The position numbers were made by a program, and so were the translations under genes. Under the pieces are notes generated by a model. That model was not told the DNA's origin and made no database searches. It saw nothing but the letters and a program-made list of their open reading frames with translations. A stretch of 64,000 nt of DNA. Source: Opitutales bacterium. Its GTDB lineage: Bacteria > Verrucomicrobiota > Verrucomicrobiia > Opitutales > Coraliomargaritaceae. The stretch is taken from positions 1,723 through 65,722 of the forward strand of contig JBKHEL010000002.1 in the NCBI GenBank assembly GCA_046540835.1, given 5' to 3'. This document shows positions 57,834 to 64,000 of the stretch, piece after piece. The stretch's first letter is position 1. Every line of letters starts with the position of its first letter.

Positions 57834-58895
57834 ATGGCAATGGCGACGCAAGACAGCGATCAGGAAGAGAAGACCGCGCTGGAATGGCTGGCCCGGGACT
57901 ACCCGGACAGTCCGAAGAAGCGATTGAAGGCGTGGTTCGCCCGGGGCCGTGTCCGGCTCGACGGCGAACTTCTCTCCAAACCCCATTTGCGGCTTTCCGA
58001 TCCGGGAGAGCGCCTGCAGATGGGCGAGATGCCACCGAGTGCCCGGGTTTTGCTCAAGCGCATGCCCACACGGATCCATGCTCAGGTCAATCTACTCTAC
58101 ATCGACAGTGCGCTCGCCATCGTCAACAAGGGGGCGGGGCTGCTTTCGGTCCCACCCCCGCCCGGAAATCCCGCTCAGCGCGTTTCCGGCAATCCGGTGC
58201 CCGGTCAGTCACAGCCTTCTGCCCTGGGCATTCTGGACGCCTATCTGCGAACGCAGGCCGGTGGAGCTTCGGGCAAAAAGGGCTCCGTGCACAAGCATCT
58301 CAGCCCTTTGCCCGTGCATCGAATCGATCAATACACCAGCGGCCTGCTTTGTTTTGCCATGAATCCGCAGGCCCGTCAAAATCTCGTCGATCAAGTGCGC
58401 TCACATCGCTTCATCCGTGAGTATCTGGCCCTCGCGGACGGGGTGCCCGATCCCGAAAAAGGCACCTGGCGCAGCTGGTTCAAGCTCGATGAGGAGGGGA
58501 TGGAGCAGGTGGTGCGCGGCGAAGCATTCGAGGGGGCGACGGAGGCGATCAGCCACTACGATGTGCTCGATGCGATCCGGTGGCCGGTCCGCAGCGGTGG
58601 CACGCACGGCGTCTCGCGGCTGCGCCTGCGGTTGGAGACCGGCTTGAAGCACCAGCTCCGAATCCACGCCGCTCGGGCCGGCGTGCCCTTATTGGGCGAC
58701 CGCAGCTACCACCCGGACTTTAAAAAGGCGGCAGACCGGGGCACCTCCCCGCCGCATGGCTGCAAGCGGCAGGCGCTCCATGCTTCCAGCATCGGTTTTG
58801 TCCACCCGGAAACGGGTAAGACCATGCGCTTCAGCTGCAAGTTCCCCAAAGACCTGGCCGCGCTCGAGCAAAGTCTGCGCGAAAAAAACCGGTGA
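57834..58895 (+). CDS. RluA/RluC/RluD-family pseudouridine synthase with S4-like domain
   Basis: IVNKGAGLLS, VHRIDQYTSGLL (catalytic Asp), LETGLKHQLRIH, LLGDRSY, QALHA..GF.HP. Confidence 0.9.
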   Translation: MAMATQDSDQEEKTALEWLARDYPDSPKKRLKAWFARGRVRLDGELLSKPHLRLSDPGERLQMGEMPPSARVLLKRMPTRIHAQVNLLYIDSALAIVNKGAGLLSVPPPPGNPAQRVSGNPVPGQSQPSALGILDAYLRTQAGGASGKKGSVHKHLSPLPVHRIDQYTSGLLCFAMNPQARQNLVDQVRSHRFIREYLALADGVPDPEKGTWRSWFKLDEEGMEQVVRGEAFEGATEAISHYDVLDAIRWPVRSGGTHGVSRLRLRLETGLKHQLRIHAARAGVPLLGDRSYHPDFKKAADRGTSPPHGCKRQALHASSIGFVHPETGKTMRFSCKFPKDLAALEQSLREKNR

Positions 58896-58941
58896 GGTCC
58901 AGGTTCCGTTTCATCCCGGTTGTCACAGATCTTCCGTTAAA

Positions 58942-60339
58942 ATGGCTAAAATGACCGATCCTATCCACGAGCCCGAAGGTGGTTCCAGCCGGTTTTGGCA
59001 CCCCCAGTTTCCTCTGCGGCCCGGGAAATTTCCGTTTTTCTATGGCTGGTTTCTCGCCTTTGTGGCGACGCTTGGCATCTGCGCCAGTATGCCCGGTCAG
59101 ACGATTGGCGTCGGTGTGTTCAAGACGCGCTTGATGGAGGCGCTCGGGCTCAACTCGATGCAGTTGAGTGTCGCCTACATGCTCGGCACCTTTCTCAGTG
59201 CGCTTTTTCTGGGGGTGGGCGGGCGCTTTTTTGATCGTTTTGGAGGGCGGAGGGCGCTGGTTTACTCGGTCGCGGCGCTTGGTGTCGTGCTGCTGGGGTT
59301 GAGCGGGATCGAGTGGATCAGTTCGCTCGCGGAGCGGATTCCCCTGCTGAATTTGAAGGTCTGGTTGCCTGCGTTTTTTTGCCTGACTGTCGGTTTCGCC
59401 TGTTTGCGCTATACGGGGCAGGGGATGGTGACGCTCTCGTCCCGGGCGATCCTCGGGAAGTGGTTTGACCGGCGGCGGGGAACGGTGACGGCGTTCAGCG
59501 GTGCACTGGTCTCCTTCATGTTTTCCGCTTCCCCGATCTGTCTTGAGTATTTGATCCGAACGTTCAGTTGGCAGGGTGCCTGGATGGTGATGGGGCTTTT
59601 TATGCTCTTGGTTCTGGTTCCCTTCTTTTGGGCGTTTATCCGGGACAACCCTGAAGAGTGCGGGCTTGTCATGGATGGCGGCCCAGGCAAGAAAGTGCGC
59701 AAGCCGAATGCCGACTCCACCGTCCATCGGGACTATACTAGAGCCGAGGCGGCACGCACGTTTTCATTCTGGGCCTTTACCCTGATGTTTGCGCTCAGCG
59801 GCATGGTGATCACCGCCTACACCTTCCATATTCTTGCGATCGCCGCCGAGCTGCGTGTGAGCACAGACTACATTCTGATGCTTTTTGTGCCGACGGCCGT
59901 GGTCTCTGTCGTCTCGGGGTTTATCATCGCATCGTTGACGGATCTCTCTTTTGTCAAAATCAAATACATGCTTGTGCTTATGGGCTTGAGCAGTTGCGGG
60001 GCTTATGCTGCGATCGGCTTCGGCCATTATCCTGATATCTCCTGGCTCCACATCGCGGCTTTCGGTGTGTCGAGTGGTTGCTTCGCCAGTATCTCGACTA
60101 TTGTCTGGCCACGCTTTTTCGGGCGCAGCCACTTGGGGGCCATTTCAGGGTTGTTCATGACGACCATTGTCGTCTCGAGTGCCGTCGGGCCCTTTCTCTT
60201 CAATCTGGGGGAGAGTTTGTTGGGTGGCTACCGGATTGCATTCATCGTTTCTGCGGGGATCGCCGCAGTCCTCGCCGTTGCGGCCTTCTGGGCAGACAAT
60301 CCGCAGCGTAATCAAAAACCGGAAACGACCGGAGCCTGA
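58942..60339 (+). CDS. MFS transporter
   Basis: About 12 hydrophobic segments; GRFFDRFGGRR (motif A); FFGRSHLGAISG. Confidence 0.88.
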   Translation: MAKMTDPIHEPEGGSSRFWHPQFPLRPGKFPFFYGWFLAFVATLGICASMPGQTIGVGVFKTRLMEALGLNSMQLSVAYMLGTFLSALFLGVGGRFFDRFGGRRALVYSVAALGVVLLGLSGIEWISSLAERIPLLNLKVWLPAFFCLTVGFACLRYTGQGMVTLSSRAILGKWFDRRRGTVTAFSGALVSFMFSASPICLEYLIRTFSWQGAWMVMGLFMLLVLVPFFWAFIRDNPEECGLVMDGGPGKKVRKPNADSTVHRDYTRAEAARTFSFWAFTLMFALSGMVITAYTFHILAIAAELRVSTDYILMLFVPTAVVSVVSGFIIASLTDLSFVKIKYMLVLMGLSSCGAYAAIGFGHYPDISWLHIAAFGVSSGCFASISTIVWPRFFGRSHLGAISGLFMTTIVVSSAVGPFLFNLGESLLGGYRIAFIVSAGIAAVLAVAAFWADNPQRNQKPETTGA

Positions 60340-60421
60340 TCCGGGGGTGCTGGCGGCGGATTCTACCTCGCGGGATTTTTACAGTTTGCCATCTGCGCAT
60401 CGGAAGCCTAGCGCTTGGGTT

Positions 60422-61825
60422 ATGTCAGAGCGTCAGGTAAAAACGACTTACGAAAAAGCGCAGAGGATCAATCTGGATCCTTTGCGCTATGGAGTCTTTG
60501 CGGAGATCGGAGCCGGGCAGGAAACGGCCAACTGGTTTTTTCGTGTTTCCGCAAGTGCGGGCACGGTAGCAAAGACGATTTCCGCCTACGACATGACGAT
60601 GAGTGATGCGCTCTATGGCAAGACCGCGCGCTATGTCTCCGCAGACCGTCTGCAGGCGATGCTGGTCTATGAATATAATTTACTTGAAGAGCGATTGGGG
60701 CCGAAGCGGGGAGCGGACACGGCATTTTTCTCGTTTTGTAATACGGTCCGCGCCAGAGGGTATAAGGATACCGGGGAGTGTCACGGCTGGTTGGGGATCC
60801 GCCTGCAGTTGCGCCCGGGAGCGGAGCCCTGCGAGATCGTCGTGCATCTGCGGCTGCTGGATGAAGCGAATTCGGACCAGATGGACGCGCTGGGGAAGGT
60901 TGGGGTGAATCTCATTTACGCGGCATTCCACTACCGCGACAGCTTGCACGATTTTGTCGATTCCCTGGTCGACGGAGTCTCTCCGGAAAGTGTGGAGATC
61001 GATATGTTGCGCTTCACCGGGAAGGATTTTCGCTATGTGGATAATCGGCTCTGTGCGCTGCAACTTGTGCAGAGTAAGCTGACGGACGCCGCGATGTTTA
61101 ACTCCTCCGGCGAGGTGGTGCAGGCGGCCGATGCGCTCTATAAACGACAGATTCTTCTGCTTCGGGGCAGCTTCAATCCGGTGTTGAAACTGCACCTCGA
61201 TATGATCCGGCAGTCGCGCAAGATTTTCTTTGAGGGGATGGACCCGGATGCGGAGGACCGGGCGATCGAAATTTGTGAGATCAGCACGAACAACCTGTTG
61301 CGCGACGACGGAGGCCTCGATCACGAAAACTTCATCAACCGGGCGGATGTGCTGCAAAAGCTGGGGAAGAATGTTTTGATCAGTAGAACGGCGGAGTTCC
61401 ACCGCATCGCGACCTATCTCAGTCGCTACACGGCCGAGCCGATCGCGATCATCCTGAGCATCGGCTTGCTCAATGAACTCTTCAAAGAAAAGTGGTCAAA
61501 GGATCTTCCTGGCGGGATCCTCGAATCTTTCGGACGGCTCTTCAAAAACCGGGTGCAGCTCTATGTCTACCCCTGGCATAACACCAGGAGCATGGAGCTG
61601 GTCACGGCGGAAAACTTCAAGGCGCCGCAGGCATGGGGGCATTTCTATCAGCACCTGCTTGAGAATAAACGGATTCTCCCTGTCGGCGTGGGGGATCCCA
61701 GTCTTCTTGCAAATACTGGACGAAAGGTGATGAAGATGATTCAGTCAGACGATTTGGAATGGAGGCAGTGGGTGCCTGAAGAGGCGCATGAGATGGTGCG
61801 GATCAATCAAAGCCGTGGAGCTTGA
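60422..61825 (+). CDS. Conserved hypothetical protein; possible CinA/PncC-like + nucleotidyltransferase-like fusion
   Basis: YGVFAEIGAGQE, GTVAKTISAYD, YVS..RL..ML; later LLLRGSFNPVLKLH. Confidence 0.7.
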   Translation: MSERQVKTTYEKAQRINLDPLRYGVFAEIGAGQETANWFFRVSASAGTVAKTISAYDMTMSDALYGKTARYVSADRLQAMLVYEYNLLEERLGPKRGADTAFFSFCNTVRARGYKDTGECHGWLGIRLQLRPGAEPCEIVVHLRLLDEANSDQMDALGKVGVNLIYAAFHYRDSLHDFVDSLVDGVSPESVEIDMLRFTGKDFRYVDNRLCALQLVQSKLTDAAMFNSSGEVVQAADALYKRQILLLRGSFNPVLKLHLDMIRQSRKIFFEGMDPDAEDRAIEICEISTNNLLRDDGGLDHENFINRADVLQKLGKNVLISRTAEFHRIATYLSRYTAEPIAIILSIGLLNELFKEKWSKDLPGGILESFGRLFKNRVQLYVYPWHNTRSMELVTAENFKAPQAWGHFYQHLLENKRILPVGVGDPSLLANTGRKVMKMIQSDDLEWRQWVPEEAHEMVRINQSRGA

Positions 61826-61828
61826 GGG

Positions 61829-62572
61829 ATGGCCTTGCTCTGGTCTCATAACGACGGGGGAAATCACTACGAGGTGCGCTCGGCAGGGGCCTCCATCCGT
61901 CTCTATCGCAACGGGGTGAATCACTCCCAGTGGAATCCGGGTCGACCCTTGGCGGGCTCGGTCTGGGATCTGTTGACGCTGCCCGCACTTCATCGTGAGG
62001 GCGGTCAGATTCAGGATGGATTGCTGCTTGGCTTCGGGGCTGGTGCGGCCGGCCGTCAACTGCTGGATCTGGCGCATGTCGCGACACTGGTCGGTGTGGA
62101 GATGGACCCGATGCACCTTTCAATTGCTGATGGGTTTTTTCAGTGCACGGATGGCTGTGAGCTTGTCGCGGCAGACGCTGTCGAGTGGGTTGCCTCCCAG
62201 CAAGCCGGATGCTACGATTACATTGTGGACGATCTGTATGCGGAGGAAGCCGGTGTGCCCGAGCGCTTTGCTCCGCTGGACCGGGATTGGTGTGGGCAAT
62301 TGGCCGGGCTGCTTCGGCCGGGGGGGATTCTTGTTTTCAATATGATTGAGCCGGACCGGGTGGCGTCCCTTCCTTTTTGCCGGGAGCCCGCGCTTCGGGC
62401 GCAATTCCCGTATCGGGTGGGCTTTCAACTGAAGGGCTACGAAAACCGGGTGGTCGCATTCAGCGATCAGCCCTTTCGGCCGGATTGCCTCGAGACCAAT
62501 CTTCGGGAGATCGGTCGCCGTTTTCCTGCTTGCCGGGGAGTGGGCCGCCGCTACCTGAGCCTGACGCTGTGA
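61829..62572 (+). CDS. Class I SAM-dependent methyltransferase/spermidine-synthase-like protein
   Basis: LLLGFGAGAAG, VGVEMDP, AADAVEW, YDYIVDDLY, LRPGGILVFN. Confidence 0.8.
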   Translation: MALLWSHNDGGNHYEVRSAGASIRLYRNGVNHSQWNPGRPLAGSVWDLLTLPALHREGGQIQDGLLLGFGAGAAGRQLLDLAHVATLVGVEMDPMHLSIADGFFQCTDGCELVAADAVEWVASQQAGCYDYIVDDLYAEEAGVPERFAPLDRDWCGQLAGLLRPGGILVFNMIEPDRVASLPFCREPALRAQFPYRVGFQLKGYENRVVAFSDQPFRPDCLETNLREIGRRFPACRGVGRRYLSLTL

Positions 62573-62700
62573 GCCTTCCGTGTGGAGGCTTGAGGTGGCT
62601 GTTTCAGGAATGCGACAATCAGGTGAGATCGGAGCTGGAGCACAGATAGGTCTTGCCCGTTTTATCGTGAAAACGCTAGGCTCGCCAGTTTCTGTATCCT

Positions 62701-64000
62701 GTGCCCGAGCGTTCCACCAGTCGTCAATACAACCAGGCCTCACTCGAAGTGTGGTTCGGCCATGTGATGGATGATTGGGAATCGTCTTTTTCGGCTCCGG
62801 TCCTGCGCCGCGGCCGTGAGATCTACCGGCAGGGAAAGATCACGGCTCTGGAGCTTTCGGCCGGCGAGGTCATCGTCAATTGTGCTTTCGAGCGCAAGGA
62901 TACCTGCTATGCGGTGATCGAATGGGTTGACCGGTGCCCGGCCGTGCGCAGTTCCGTCGAAGACACGAGCGTGGGGGAGGCGGTGGCAGTCGCCGGGCTC
63001 TATGAGCTCGAGGAATTGATTGCCGACGAGATTCCGGACTTGCCGCAGGATCTAAATGACCAGAGACCGGAAGCGGAGCCCGCAGAAGCTCCCGCCTCCG
63101 GGCCTGCGGAAGCGGATACGGCAGAGGAGGAAGCAGGACCGGCCCGTAGTTTACACTTGAAATTCGAGGGTTTGGCCACGGGCCTGCGCATGACCGTGCA
63201 CTGGAGAGACGCCGGGGGTGCATTATGCGCTGCGCTGGATAGCAGCCCGGCACCTGTGCCGGCGGCCGAGCGTGAATTGCTTGTGCGCCTGACCGGGAGG
63301 GCCCGCGAGGCCGGATTTGTCTACCGCAAAGAAAACTGCGACTTTATGCTGAAGGATGCCGAGCGCATCGCGGCTTTTTTTACCGTCACCCGCAAGCGCT
63401 GGGAAGCGCAGTTGGGGGAGCTTGAGCTTGATTTCGGAGCCGCGCAAATGGCGGAGGGTGTGCAGTCAGTTCAGGTAATTGGGCGCGTCGAAGCAGAAGG
63501 GCGCGGTGCGATGCGGGTGGATTGGCGAATGAAGCTGGGGCAGCGCTGGCTCGATCCGGAGGATGCCGAGCGCCTGGCCCGATCCGGGCGGGGGCTGCAT
63601 GTCGTGCCCGGGATTGGATTGGTTCGGGTCGGGGAGGAGCAGTCCGAAGCCCTGGCTGATTGGCATGTGGTTCGTGCCGGCCGTTCGGAGGCGGCGCAGA
63701 CCTGGCCGCGCTATATGGTCTTTTCCCTTTTTGGCGGGCGCGGTGCCGAGTTGGACCTCGAGGGCGAAATGGCTTCCTGGCGGGCTGCCCTGACTGAGGG
63801 GGCAGCCTCAGCGGGGAAAGCGCTCGAATTACCCGATTTTCTCCGCGACTACCAAAAACTGGGTGTATACTGGATGGCCAATTTGCGCGAGCGGGGCTGC
63901 CATGGCTTGCTCGCGGACGAAATGGGGCTGGGCAAAACGCTACAGGTGCTCACGCTCCTGCAGCATCTGCCTTTTGAGGGGAAAGACAGTCTGATCGTCT
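62701..64000 (+). CDS. SNF2/SWI2-family helicase, N-terminal part (runs off right edge)
   Basis: Manual translation from GTG 62701 (in-frame TAG at 62677-62679 upstream); near the edge [27 protein letters not shown]. Absent from the ORF track. Confidence 0.9.
   Translation, partial: MPERSTSRQYNQASLEVWFGHVMDDWESSFSAPVLRRGREIYRQGKITALELSAGEVIVNCAFERKDTCYAVIEWVDRCPAVRSSVEDTSVGEAVAVAGLYELEELIADEIPDLPQDLNDQRPEAEPAEAPASGPAEADTAEEEAGPARSLHLKFEGLATGLRMTVHWRDAGGALCAALDSSPAPVPAAERELLVRLTGRAREAGFVYRKENCDFMLKDAERIAAFFTVTRKRWEAQLGELELDFGAAQMAEGVQSVQVIGRVEAEGRGAMRVDWRMKLGQRWLDPEDAERLARSGRGLHVVPGIGLVRVGEEQSEALADWHVVRAGRSEAAQTWPRYMVFSLFGGRGAELDLEGEMASWRAALTEGAASAGKALELPDFLRDYQKLGVYWMANLRERGCHGLLADEMGLGKTLQVLTLLQHLPFEGKDSLIV

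Overview
A 64 kb, GC-rich bacterial chromosomal segment. Gene content and lineage-typical hypothetical proteins suggest Verrucomicrobiota, order Opitutales (inference, no database search). It is mostly core genome: partial uvrA, type II glutamine synthetase, clpB, nth, nadE, rpe, cspA, prfC, mgtE, mutY, rnhC-rnhB, then tRNA-Thr-tuf-tRNA-Trp-secE-nusG-rplKAJL-rpoBC, and a partial SNF2 helicase at the right edge. No prophage, CRISPR array or rRNA was seen; one REP-associated (RAYT-type) HUH transposase is present. Best leads: (1) a minimal ~150-aa kinase-fold protein coupled to a PP2C phosphatase, divergent from a sigma-54-driven GSII gene; (2) a bacterial DUF3524/GTDC1 (QTMAN-like) glycosyltransferase upstream of a secreted heparinase II/III-like protein; (3) loss of zinc ligands in four unrelated proteins (RpoC, UvrA, SNF2 SWIM region, SET domain); (4) a SulP-USP chimera apparently made by two in-frame deletions; (5) a candidate nucleoid-associated protein; (6) an endonuclease III with a non-canonical Cys motif; (7) a cspA terminator directly in front of a desaturase. 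All family assignments are by motif recognition from memory, not by search. Several start codons were re-chosen relative to the supplied ORF track.
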